DNA of 64,000 nt from an uncultured Ruficoccus sp. (GCA_965140785.1 OZ223473.1:22259-86258), one strand, 5' to 3'. Positions 11,395 through 22,724 are shown, counted from the stretch's first letter. The notes: generated from the sequence alone by a model not told the origin. Numbers and translations are program-made.

Positions 11395-11969
11395 TCATTG
11401 TGAGTGTGTTAGCGATTCAACCGGTTCGACAACATTTGCTTGGGCGCCATGCTTGCGCAGATAATCTCCAAAAAATCTCGCCTTGGAAGGTTCCTTCGCA
11501 AACAAAATCTGAGCCTTCGCAGCCAGTTCGAGTAAGGCCGGAGCTGGGTTTCGTTCCGACCACATGCCACGGTGCTTTTTGTCCGCGGGGAACAAAGCCC
11601 ATGCAAACTGTTGCTGGCTGATATGGTTGGTACCCCGGTTGTCTATGCACTGAGTAACCAGCGTTATGTATTCATTGGGTTCTAAAATCTGGGCCGCCAC
11701 AAAGAATATGGCCTTTTTCGTGTCATCGGCTGCCAGATAATCAATCTGTGGTGCGAGCGATTTTGCATGATCCTTGATGAGCGCCTCTGCCTGATTAAAA
11801 GACACGATATCACCCAAGCTACGCTGCCCCTCAATGATGGCGACCGGATCGCGGTTTCCGGCCAGGCGGCTTCGGTGGATGCGATAGCTGAGCGTAAATC
11901 ATCCACAACCGGATCAACCGCCCACAGGGTAGAACTTATCCCCAAGCAGAAGAAAAGAAGTGTTTTCAT
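11395..11969 (-). pseudogene. Secreted hypothetical protein split by one frameshift (~11820-11900)
   Basis: Signal-peptide ORF 11682-11969 overlaps ORF 11395-11817 in another frame; lower GC than flanks. Confidence 0.5.
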
Positions 11970-12026
11970 GACTCAGCAGTCTTTCGTGGGATAAGGCGTA
12001 GCACTAGAATTCGCGGGGAAATAATT

Positions 12027-13163
12027 TCAACGCCCCGCCTTGGCGGGGACGGGCTCGATCGTGCCCTCCTCGCGTTCGGTCTGGAGGCGGAGCTGGCCGC
12101 AGGCGGCGTTGATGTCGTGGCCCTTCTCGCGGCGGACGGTGACAGAGACCCGCGCCTCGCGCAGGATCTGGGCGAAAGCGTCCTGACGGGAGATTTCCGG
12201 GCGTACCCAGGGCAGCCCCTCGACCGTGTTGTACGGGATGAGGTTGACGTGGGCGTGCAGCTCACGGGCGATTTTGGCCAGTGCCCGGGCCTGGTCGAGC
12301 GTGTCGTTGATCTCGCGGATGAGGATAAACTCCAGCGTGATCATCCGCCCGTGCTTGTCGGCGAAGGCCTTGGCCGCCGGGAGGAGTTTCTCCAGCGGGT
12401 ACTTGCGGTTGATGGGCATGATCTGCTGGCGCACCTCGTTGGTGGCCCCGTGCAGGCTGATGGCCAGGCGCAGCCCGATCGGCTCCTCGGCCAGTTGCAG
12501 GACCTGCGGGGCCAGCCCACTGGTCGAGACGGTGATGCGACGCGCACCGACATTGAGCCCCCACTCGGCGTTGACGATGGTGAGGGCGCGCAGGAGGTTG
12601 TCGTAATTGGCCAAGGGCTCGCCCATGCCCATGACCACGATATTGTCAAAGGAGGCCAACTCGTCGCTGGCGCGGGGCGTGGTCGGGTCCTCCTGATGGC
12701 AAACCTGGATCAACTGGTGCACGATCTCCCCGGCGGAGAGGTCGCGCTTCCAGCCAGCGAGGCCCGAGGCGCAGAACTTGCACCCGTAGGCGCAGCCCAC
12801 CTGGGTCGAGATGCAAACGGTCTTGCGGGAGCGGTCCTGCCCCACCCCTTCCTGCGGGGCGCGGATGATGACTGTCTCGATCAGCGAATGGTCGCGCAGG
12901 CGCAGCAGGAACTTGTCCGTCACGTCGGCGGAGGTCTTCGCCCCCAGCCGGGCGGTCGGGGCAAAGTCAAAAGTCTCCTCCAGCCAGGCGCGCAGGGGCT
13001 TGGAGAGATTGGTCATTTCCTGGGGGCCGGCGGCGCGTTTTTTATACAACCACTCCAGAATCTGGCGTGCGCGGAAGGGCTTCTCGCCCCGTTCGGCCAG
13101 TGCCGCCGTGAGCGAGTCGAGCGTTTCCCCGTGTATCGGCGGCTTGCCCACAAATCCCTGCAT
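12027..13163 (-). CDS. rlmN: 23S rRNA m2A2503 methyltransferase (radical SAM)
   Basis: CISTQVGCAYGCKFC, MGMGEPL, ITVSTSG, AACGQL. Confidence 0.95.
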   Translation of the reverse strand: MQGFVGKPPIHGETLDSLTAALAERGEKPFRARQILEWLYKKRAAGPQEMTNLSKPLRAWLEETFDFAPTARLGAKTSADVTDKFLLRLRDHSLIETVIIRAPQEGVGQDRSRKTVCISTQVGCAYGCKFCASGLAGWKRDLSAGEIVHQLIQVCHQEDPTTPRASDELASFDNIVVMGMGEPLANYDNLLRALTIVNAEWGLNVGARRITVSTSGLAPQVLQLAEEPIGLRLAISLHGATNEVRQQIMPINRKYPLEKLLPAAKAFADKHGRMITLEFILIREINDTLDQARALAKIARELHAHVNLIPYNTVEGLPWVRPEISRQDAFAQILREARVSVTVRREKGHDINAACGQLRLQTEREEGTIEPVPAKAGR

Positions 13164-13292
13164 CCGCCTATCAAGAACGGATCGCCCGCCCCGGCGCAAT
13201 CCCGAATCGGACTACCCCGCGGCAAAAGCTCGGCTTAAGCCCGCCGTGCGTCGCCCTAATAGCGCATCACGATAGGGATTGCGCCGCATCCG

Positions 13293-13308
13293 TGGCACCT
13301 TTCCTGCT
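13293..13308 (+). promoter_or_regulatory. Putative sigma-54 (-24/-12) promoter
   Basis: TGGCAC-CTTTC-CTGCT, one mismatch to TGGCAC-N5-TTGC with correct GG/GC spacing, about 55 bp upstream of the Nif11-like gene. Confidence 0.6.
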
Positions 13309-13363
13309 ATTTGGCGGACAATCCGGGCCCGTGGGTCCCGGGCCATTTGAACGCTAAGAAACC

Positions 13364-13585
13364 ATGTCTAAAGAAAACGTTGAAAAACTCCTGATGGACG
13401 GTTGGACCGACAAAAAGTTGCGCGCCAAGTACAACGTCATCGAAACCAAAGAAGACTTCGTCGCCTCGGCCAATGCCGATGGCTACGCCTTTACCCAGGA
13501 GGAGCTCGACGCGGTGCTCAAAGAGGAGGAGCTGGACTTCGAGTCCTCGGGCAACCCCCGCTCCCGCGCCATCTGGCTGCACTAG
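13364..13585 (+). CDS. Nif11-like leader peptide family protein
   Basis: MSKENVEKLL...DKKLRAK...EDFVASANADGYAFTQEEL matches the Nif11 pattern. Confidence 0.75.
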   Translation: MSKENVEKLLMDGWTDKKLRAKYNVIETKEDFVASANADGYAFTQEELDAVLKEEELDFESSGNPRSRAIWLH

Positions 13586-13632
13586 GCGGATTACATCCGC
13601 AGGCATTGAGGGGCAAGCCCCTACGGCTACCC
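13586..13632. repeat. GTAG-type REP-like hairpin element
   Basis: GCGGATTACATCCGC then TGAGGGGCAAGCCCCTACGGCTACCC; relatives near 25146, 36885, 45109, 51439, 52847. Confidence 0.65.
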
Positions 13633-13660
13633 TTTCATTCGTCAACGGGTGTGACCCGCA

Positions 13661-13987
13661 TCACTCCAGTAGTCGGCGCAGGAGTTGCTTTTCCTCCGGG
13701 CTGCGGTGACGGATGAGTTCGCCCATCTGGGCCAGGAACTCGTCCGGCTCGTAATTGGCGGTGCGCAACAGGTACAGGAGCACGCCGTCGCGGTGGATGA
13801 GGTAGCGGTGGCGCTTTTCGTGGCGCAGCCCGGCTCGGCCGTTGGCAGTGTGGCCGAGGATTTTCTGGTTCAGGAAGCAGTCGCGCACGAACTGGTCGGT
13901 CTTACCGATGACGGCGGCAACCTCCTTCGGGCTGAACCAGGTCTGGTCCGGCGGCAGCAGCCGCTCAAAGTGGGAGTTCAGTTTCAC
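13661..13987 (-). CDS. Excisionase/MerR-like winged-HTH DNA-binding protein
   Basis: WFSPKEVAAVIGKTDQFVRD HTH plus RYLIHRDGV wing. Confidence 0.65.
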   Translation of the reverse strand: MKLNSHFERLLPPDQTWFSPKEVAAVIGKTDQFVRDCFLNQKILGHTANGRAGLRHEKRHRYLIHRDGVLLYLLRTANYEPDEFLAQMGELIRHRSPEEKQLLRRLLE

Positions 13988-14002
13988 GGTCGGTGCTTCC
14001 GG

Positions 14003-14338
14003 TCAGAGGCTGCGCGAGAATTTGTTCAGGGGCCGGCGCTTGCGGCGGGCATCGCGGTAGCCACGCTGGTAGGCGTCACGCCGGGCCTGCTCAACAGCAT
14101 CGCCAATGCGTTCGCGGATACGCTCGGCCATCATCTCGGCGTGGAAGACATCGCAGCAAAAGACTTTGGCGTAGGCCTGCCAGGTCTTGCCGCTGCGCAG
14201 GGGCAGCCCGGTGTCGATAACGATCTCGGCGGCGCGCCCGTCGGGCTGCACGCGCAGGAGGAACTTCTGCTCCTCGGGCGACCCGGCAAGGTTGGCAGGA
14301 GTGGTGGAAACACGTGGAAAATAATGCGTGGTGGTCAT
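14003..14338 (-). CDS. Hypothetical protein with basic C-terminus
   Basis: Co-oriented ORF between the RHH and HTH genes; AYQRGYRDARRK end. Confidence 0.6.
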   Translation of the reverse strand: MTTTHYFPRVSTTPANLAGSPEEQKFLLRVQPDGRAAEIVIDTGLPLRSGKTWQAYAKVFCCDVFHAEMMAERIRERIGDAVEQARRDAYQRGYRDARRKRRPLNKFSRSL

Positions 14339-14387
14339 GATAAGAATCGGTATGTGGTGGATGGATGGCGGGAGGCGGAACGGGTTT

Positions 14388-14585
14388 TCAGCGGTTGGCA
14401 GCGGGTGCCGTGTCCGGCGTTGAGGCGTCGAGGTAGCCCTCGCTGTGCAGGTGTTTTTTCAGGGCGCAGGCGACGAGACTGGAGACCGAACGGTTGTCGT
14501 CGAAGGCCGCCTGCCGGGCGACCTCACGTAACTGCGGCGGCAGGCTGACTGAGACATTGACAGTGGTGGTGTTTTTCATTTTCAT
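14388..14585 (-). CDS. Small ribbon-helix-helix (CopG/Arc-like) protein
   Basis: VNVSVSLPPQLREVARQAAFDDNRSVSSLVACALKKHL. Confidence 0.75.
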   Translation of the reverse strand: MKMKNTTTVNVSVSLPPQLREVARQAAFDDNRSVSSLVACALKKHLHSEGYLDASTPDTAPAANR

Positions 14586-14701
14586 AGTGAACACATGATC
14601 ACCTCAAAACCTGTCCGTCACAAGATATTTTTCTAGAATTTATTATTTTACTATTATTTACTATTCCCTTCCTTCCATCAACCACTTACCCTCCTTCCAC
14701 C

Positions 14702-15328
14702 ATGTCAGACGATCAAAGACACAAAACCGTGGGCGTGAGCTTTCCGCCAGAACTGCGCCAACGTGCCGCTGAGCGGGCCCGCGGCCTGGGCCTGTCCTTC
14801 TCCAAGTATGTCACGCTCTGCGTTGAGGCCGAGGTGGGCGGCAAGCCGCCGCAACTGGTGATGGAAAACCTGCTCCCGACTGGGACCGCCCCACTGAACC
14901 TGGAAGCGGCAGTGGAAGAAGGCTCCGACTACGGCGCGATGAAGGCCGCCTCGATCGGCTTCGAGGACGACGTGGAGGAGATCCTCAATCAGGAGGATAT
15001 CTGCTACAACCGTTTCGCTCAGGTCGCACACCTGCGAACGGATTTTCTCATCCAGCACGTGGACCCCTCCTCCGGAAAAACCCTCCGCATCGCGCTGGAG
15101 TGTAAGTATAACGTACGCAACCGCGCCACTGTCACCCTCGGCCAGTGCATTATCCTCAAAAGCCTGCCCGGCGTGGATGCGGTCATGCTCTGTGTCCCCT
15201 ACCTCAAGCACTTCGACCCGCATCTGCGCGAGACCTTCGCCCAGCAGGACATTCCGGTGGTGACGCCGGACACCCTCAGTCCCGGCCTGGAGGCGCTTTT
15301 GGCCGAGCGGGCGGAGGCCGAAGCCTGA
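14702..15328 (+). CDS. RHH domain fused to a PD-(D/E)xK nuclease-like domain
   Basis: N-term TVGVSFPPELRQRAAERARGLGLSFSKYV; C-term FEDDVEEIL...RTDFLI...IALECKY...LGQ. Confidence 0.7.
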   Translation: MSDDQRHKTVGVSFPPELRQRAAERARGLGLSFSKYVTLCVEAEVGGKPPQLVMENLLPTGTAPLNLEAAVEEGSDYGAMKAASIGFEDDVEEILNQEDICYNRFAQVAHLRTDFLIQHVDPSSGKTLRIALECKYNVRNRATVTLGQCIILKSLPGVDAVMLCVPYLKHFDPHLRETFAQQDIPVVTPDTLSPGLEALLAERAEAEA

Positions 15329-15378
15329 CGGTCATGCCACGCGCTGGAGCCACTTTCGAATGAAAGCGGAAAGCCCCT

Positions 15379-15816
15379 TTACTGACCACCGCTGGTCGTG
15401 CCCTGCGCATAAAAGAGGAAGAACAACGGGATGGCGATAATCAACACGAGCACCAGGCTGAACGCGGTAACGATGAGGTTGACCAGCAGGCCCTTGACAA
15501 AGCCGATGGGCTCATGGCGGCGGGTGAACCAGATGCCGAACAGGTACGAGTTCAACAGCAGCCACAGGAGAATGCCGGTCGGGGTGGTTGCATAGACCAG
15601 AACCGGTTTCAGTTGGACCAACTGACCGAGCAGAATGTTGATCGCGAACCCGATCAGCGTGACCTTGAATACGATTCCATAGGCCTTGCCATAGCCGGTC
15701 ATATGCCGGGTCACGATTTTCATCGCCCATTGGGCAAAAACAGCCGTGATCAAGCACAGGAACGCGCACATCCCGACTCCGATCAACAGAGCAAAAATTA
15801 ATCCTATAGCTTCCAT
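15379..15816 (-). CDS. Hypothetical 4-TM membrane protein
   Basis: Four hydrophobic segments. Confidence 0.65.
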   Translation of the reverse strand: MEAIGLIFALLIGVGMCAFLCLITAVFAQWAMKIVTRHMTGYGKAYGIVFKVTLIGFAINILLGQLVQLKPVLVYATTPTGILLWLLLNSYLFGIWFTRRHEPIGFVKGLLVNLIVTAFSLVLVLIIAIPLFFLFYAQGTTSGGQ

Positions 15817-16042
15817 AAATTAGACGGCTCTATAGCAACAACAGGTGAATTCCTTATTATCAAGTCATTTATAGCACCAGTTTTTTTCGGTCTCGTTACT
15901 TTTCAGAGACGGGCGTCGTTACAAACAAACGGCCAACCGGGACTGGTCTGCTTGAGGACTGCTCGCTACGCCTTCGGAAAAGCCTACCGGTTAAAATAAA
16001 AATTGCACCCCGCGGGCTCATCGTTGTTCCTTGTCGGCACGT

Positions 16043-17486
16043 ATGCCGGTCAAGATCCACGACACACTCAGTAAGACCAAGCAGCCGTTGGCCCCCGCCG
16101 ACGGCGAGACCTTCCGCTTCTACTGCTGCGGGCCCACCGTTTACGGGCCCGCCCACATCGGCAACTTCCGCACCTTCCTCGTGCAGGACGTGCTGCGCCG
16201 CACTCTGGAGGTGGACGGCCTGACACTGCGCCACGTGCGCAACATCACCGACGTGGACGACAAGACCATCCGTCAGAGCCAGGCCGAAGACCGCACGCTG
16301 GCCGAGTTCACCGCGCACTGGACGGACAAGTTTCACGCCGACTGCGCCGCGCTCAACCTCCTGCCCCCGCACGAGGAGCCCCGCGCCACCGCCCACATCG
16401 CCGAGCAGGTATCGATGATCGAAAAACTCATCGCCGGCGGCCATGCCTACGCCGCCGCGGACGGCTCGGTTTATTTCAAAGTCGCCTCCTGCGAGCACTA
16501 CGGCGAGCTTTCCGGGCTCGACCGCAACGCCCTGCGCACGCAGAACGTCAACAGCGCGGGCGAAGCCAATGACGCCGACGAATACGACCGCGAGAGCGTG
16601 ACCGACTTCGCCCTGTGGAAGGCCCGCAAGCCCGACGACGGCGAAAACTTCTGGAAAAGCCCCTGGGGCGAAGGCCGCCCCGGCTGGCACATCGAGTGCT
16701 CGGCCATGAGCGTCAAATACCTCGGTGAGGGCTTCGACCTGCACGGCGGCGGCATAGACCTGTGCTTCCCGCACCATGAGAACGAGATCGCCCAGAGCGA
16801 GTGCGCAACCGGCTCGCGGCCCTTTGCCCGGCTGTGGTTCCACAGCGCCCACCTCATGGTCGAGGGCAGCAAGATGTCCAAAAGTTTAGGCAACCTCTAC
16901 ACCCTGGAGGACCTGCTGCAAAAGGGCTTCCGCCCCATGGACATCCGCTACGCCCTCATCAGCGGCCACTACCGCCAACAGCTCAACTTCACCCTCAACG
17001 GCCTGAAAGCCGCCCGCTCCGCCCTGGAAAAGATGGAGAAAACCCTCCGCCCAATCCTCCAGCGCCTGGGACTCTCCGAGGAAGACTTCCGCCACTGGAT
17101 CAAGCCCTGCCCGCTGGTCACCACGGGCATGTTCGCCCCGCGCTTGGGAAAAGCTCTCCGACGACCTAAACGTACCCGCCGCCCTCGGGGAAATTTTCTC
17201 CGTGCTGGGCGACCTGGCCAACCCGACGCTTCATGACTCCGCCGTGGCTGGCCAGGTGGAGGCCTTCGGCGCCCTGCTCTACGCGCTCGGGCTCGATCTG
17301 TTCACCGCGCAGGATCAGTCGGCAGCCGCGGACATCCCCGAGGCCATCCGCGCCCTGGCCGAGGAACGTTGGTCCGCCAAGCAGGCCCGCGACTGGGCCA
17401 ATGCCGACCGCCTCCGCGACGAACTCCTCGGACAAGGCTGGAAAATCCTCGACCACAAAGACGGCTACGACCTGGAAAAAGCGTGA
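16043..17486 (+). CDS. cysS: Cysteine--tRNA ligase; frameshift near 17140
   Basis: [34 protein letters not shown] and [11 protein letters not shown] continue in the next frame. Confidence 0.95.
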
Positions 17487-17569
17487 GGCAGCACAGCCTT
17501 TTCACGGCGATCCAGCACAAGCGCCCGTCTGGATTGACAAGATCATATTAGTATTTTAACTCGTGTTGT

Positions 17570-18130
17570 GTGAAAAAACTGATACTAGCCGCGCTACTCA
17601 CGCTTTCATTCACCGGGACCAGCCATGCGCTGCTCCAGATCACCCTCTCTACCGCCGATCAAACCCTGACCGTCACGGGGGCCGATGACGGCGGGGCCAA
17701 CTTCAACATCGACCAACTGAAGTTTGTCGCCAGTTGGGCCTATTCGGACGGCTCGGCCCACACCAGCTACGGGTCCGTCGCAATGGCCAACTACTTTCCC
17801 TTGAACGGTGGCTCCGGCACCACAGCCAGCGGCTATCTGCGCGTTTACAATGACGGCCTGGTCTTCGACATTGAAAGCGGGAATAGCTTTGGGTTCATCG
17901 AGGGCGGCTTTAGCTCGATCAGCTATGCCGGTTTGAGCGAGCTTGGTCGGTCCAAACTCGAAAGCTTCGTCGGCGTCACCCTGACCCTCGCCGAAGGCAG
18001 CGACTATAATCCCGTCAGTGTTACCGCTGTCCCCGAGCCTGCCATCTACGCTGCCGTGACGGGCCTGACAGTACTGTGTCTCATCTTCCTGCGCGCCGTC
18101 GCAAGTAGGCCATCGCATACATTCGCCTGA
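17570..18130 (+). CDS. PEP-CTERM protein
   Basis: Signal peptide; VPEPAIYAAVTG plus TM. Confidence 0.8.
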   Translation: MKKLILAALLTLSFTGTSHALLQITLSTADQTLTVTGADDGGANFNIDQLKFVASWAYSDGSAHTSYGSVAMANYFPLNGGSGTTASGYLRVYNDGLVFDIESGNSFGFIEGGFSSISYAGLSELGRSKLESFVGVTLTLAEGSDYNPVSVTAVPEPAIYAAVTGLTVLCLIFLRAVASRPSHTFA

Positions 18131-18139
18131 GTATTCCCC

Positions 18140-18167
18140 AAACGGCACTCTGCGGTGCCGTTTTTTT
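18140..18167 (+). terminator. Rho-independent terminator
   Basis: AAACGGCAC-TCTGCG-GTGCCG followed by T7. Confidence 0.8.
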
Positions 18168-18269
18168 GTGTCCCGAGTCCACAAGCTTGCTGGCGGCTGC
18201 GCCGGGCCGCCTGAGGCACTTGTGGATCGGAGAAGTTCCGCTTGCTTTTTTGGTAATTTGAGAGATGAT

Positions 18270-18425
18270 TATCCGCAGCCGAATCAGGGGGCCAGACCCT
18301 CTGAACGGGGGACCCACACTGTCCGGGCAACCGGACCGGGGCTAATTCATTCAGCGCGAGCTGAGTGGAGGGCGACTCTTCCTGCCCAGCCCGTCAGCTA
18401 ACCTCGGAGGCTTGGGAGAGAGAAT
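18270..18425 (+). promoter_or_regulatory. c-di-AMP (ydaO/yuaA class) riboswitch
   Basis: GCCGAATC...ACGGGGGACCC...GGGGCTAATT...AGGGCGACTC...AGCCCGTCAGCTAACCTCGGAGGC; upstream of a K+ transporter. Confidence 0.88.
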
Positions 18426-18500
18426 CGGTCGGCATGATCGAGACTCTCGTCATGCATCATACACGCGGACTCCGCTCCGCGACCTAACCTAACGACCGAT

Positions 18501-19847
18501 ATGCGTTTAATCACCGCTTTGCGCGAGCTGGCGCAGTTTGCCCTGTTTCGGGTGCGCAGCCTGGAGTCAGGCCGTATGCTGATTCTAGGCTACTCCAGCT
18601 ACATCCTGATCGGGATGCTCATCCTGGCCCTGCCGCTGTGCCGGGTTCATCAGGCCGGCAACTGGCTCGACTGGCTTTTTGTCTCCGCCTCCGCCGTCTC
18701 CACCACCGGGCTCTCCACCCTGAGTACCGGCGGGGACTTTACCATCTGGGGGCAGTTCACGATCCTGGTCATGATCCAACTCGGGGGCCTCGGCTACATG
18801 ACGACGGGGAGCTTCGTCCTGCTCTCGGTCTCCGGCAAGATCGACCCCAGCCGAGAAAGGACCCAGCGCCTGGTCCTGAATCTGCCGGAGAAGATAAACC
18901 TCAGCTCGATCGTCCGGCTGATCATGATCTACACCTTTATGGTGGAGGCGGCGGGCGCCCTGCTGCTGTGGCATTTTTTCCAGGAGGCGGGCGTACCGAA
19001 CCCGCTGTGGAGCGCGATTTTCCACAGCATCTCCGCCTTTTGCACAGCGGGGTTCAGTCTGTACGACGACAGCCTGTCCGCCTTCGCGGGCAACCTCCCT
19101 GTCAACGCGATCATCTGCCTGCTGAGCCTGCTGGGCGCGATGGGCTTCCTCATCGTCCACGACGTCTGGAAATCCCTCACCTCCCTAAAAGTCCATGTCA
19201 CCCTGACCACCCGGGTCATCCTGGCCAGCACCTTTGTGCTGATCTGTGCCAGCTGTCTGCTCGTGCGGATCGAGGAGCCGCTGTTCTTCAACGGCGAGGG
19301 CTGGTTGACCGCCTTTTTCCAGGTGACCTCGGCCAGCACGACAGTCGGCTTCAACACCGTGCCGATCAGCCAGCTCTCGAACGCGTCCCTGCTCGTCCTC
19401 GTCATTCTCATGCTCGTCGGCGCCTCCCCCGCCGGAACCGGCGGCGGCATCAAGACCACGACCGTGACCGCCCTGTGGGCCGTCATGGCCTCCGTGCTCC
19501 GGCGCTCGCACACCCCCACCTTCGCCGGCAGGCTCATTCCGGAGGCGCGCCGCCGGATCGCGGTCGCCACCGCGTTCTTTTACATCCTCATGCTCTGCGC
19601 CGGACTTTACCTGCTGTGCGTGTTTCAGACCGGCTCTTTCACGGACATCCTGTTCGAGTGCGTGTCCGCCCTGGGCACAGTCGGGCTCAGTACTGGCCTG
19701 ACCGGAGAGCTGAACGGGATGGGCAAGCTCATTGTCACCGCGCTCATGTTCATGGGGCGCGTCGGCCCGCTCTTGCTGGCCTCGTCGCTTTTCTTCACCC
19801 CGGCCTCCACCCCGACCTCGCTGAAGGAGGAAGACGTGGTCGTGTGA
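18501..19847 (+). CDS. Trk/Ktr potassium uptake membrane subunit (KtrB/TrkH family)
   Basis: SAVSTTGL, SAFCTAGFSL, TTVGFN, GTGGGIKTTT, SALGTVGLSTG pore loops. Confidence 0.92.
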   Translation: MRLITALRELAQFALFRVRSLESGRMLILGYSSYILIGMLILALPLCRVHQAGNWLDWLFVSASAVSTTGLSTLSTGGDFTIWGQFTILVMIQLGGLGYMTTGSFVLLSVSGKIDPSRERTQRLVLNLPEKINLSSIVRLIMIYTFMVEAAGALLLWHFFQEAGVPNPLWSAIFHSISAFCTAGFSLYDDSLSAFAGNLPVNAIICLLSLLGAMGFLIVHDVWKSLTSLKVHVTLTTRVILASTFVLICASCLLVRIEEPLFFNGEGWLTAFFQVTSASTTVGFNTVPISQLSNASLLVLVILMLVGASPAGTGGGIKTTTVTALWAVMASVLRRSHTPTFAGRLIPEARRRIAVATAFFYILMLCAGLYLLCVFQTGSFTDILFECVSALGTVGLSTGLTGELNGMGKLIVTALMFMGRVGPLLLASSLFFTPASTPTSLKEEDVVV

Positions 19848-19972
19848 AGCCGGGGCAAAAGCCCTTTCACCGGCTTACGCTGGTCCTTCGTCCATGAATG
19901 CAGCAGAGCTGGGGCAAGTTGACCGCACGGCGCCTTACCCATGCCGGGCGAGCCGCCCGTGGGCCGCTCCAC

Positions 19973-20536
19973 TCACAGCTTCGGGCGGCGGGACCTGCGT
20001 ACGCAGAGGTAACCCAACACCCCCGCCCCCGCAAGCACGGCATAGACCGAGGGTTCGGGAACCAAAGCGCTTACCACCGCCACATTACTGTATCCGGTGC
20101 CCGCATCCAGCTCCAGTGAATCACCAACAAGGCTTTCCAGGTATTGCAGCGAAACCTCATCGAGACCGGCATAACTGGTGCCTGCGGTTTCGACACTATC
20201 AATGTCCGAGTAACTGTCTGCATCCGCCACCCCCAGATACAAGACCCGGCTTTGCGGGTCGGAATCATCCGAGTAAAAGTACAGAATGGCCTCGTGAGGC
20301 GTGCTGTCTAAGGACACGGTGTCGGCTATCGACAAGGTTGCTTCGAGTGTTGGGCTCGGGGGAACCTCTGCCGAGGCCCAGTAAACAAGATAGAAACTGT
20401 CGTGGTAGGGCGTGCCGGTGTCGTCGCCCTCCAACCAGAGCAACTGGCTGCCTTCATCGATAACCAAGGTGAGCGCTGCTTGGCAGACCGGAGCCAAGAT
20501 TAACGACAAGAGCGAGCAGTAGAATGATGCCCTCAT
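19973..20536 (-). CDS. PEP-CTERM protein, paralog of 17570-18130
   Basis: Signal peptide, SYAGLDE..LESLVG, VPEPSVYAV + TM + RRSRR. Confidence 0.82.
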   Translation of the reverse strand: MRASFYCSLLSLILAPVCQAALTLVIDEGSQLLWLEGDDTGTPYHDSFYLVYWASAEVPPSPTLEATLSIADTVSLDSTPHEAILYFYSDDSDPQSRVLYLGVADADSYSDIDSVETAGTSYAGLDEVSLQYLESLVGDSLELDAGTGYSNVAVVSALVPEPSVYAVLAGAGVLGYLCVRRSRRPKL

Positions 20537-20814
20537 AGAGGCATAATATTAAAACCAATAGTTTAACCGTCAAATAAACATGACGTAACCGAAATGATAT
20601 AAGATGATTATATATTGTGATTTTATTTGATAACAGACACTATCCATCCGCTTATTGGCAAAGATTGGCGTCGTCCCCTCACCTATCGCAGCCAAGCATA
20701 GACAAACCCACTCACGCTCCACCGCATGTTTCCTTTGACACTTTCGGGAAAAACGGCACGATGGGCGGTTTTTCGGGGTCGGCATTTCCGCCACCCGAAG
20801 CCCCTCCTTTTCCC

Positions 20815-22644
<1,830 letters not shown>

Positions 22645-22691
22645 ACAATTGGTTTCATAGCTTTTGCAACTCTGACTGAGTTGCAAACATC

Positions 22692-22724
22692 AGCCCCGGG
22701 TCGTTAAGCGCCCCGGGGCTTTTT
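22692..22724 (+). terminator. Probable terminator after thrS
   Basis: AGCCCCGGG...CCCGGGGCT followed by T-tract. Confidence 0.65.

Noticed and set aside
12027..13163. Radical SAM gene as maturase for the Nif11-like peptide
   Set aside because: Has all RlmN motifs and no SPASM or RRE features; divergently transcribed
13661..15816. Intact prophage or restriction-modification system
   Set aside because: No integrase, structural genes, att repeats or methyltransferase visible
17130..17150. cysS frameshift as programmed recoding or pseudogene
   Set aside because: Normally essential gene, no slippery motif, and the window has many indels; likely an error
20617..20814. Extended N-termini in the ORF track (thrS, also nusA, hisS, priA, phoH)
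   Set aside because: Family homology starts at downstream Met codons; no T-box or leader structure recognised
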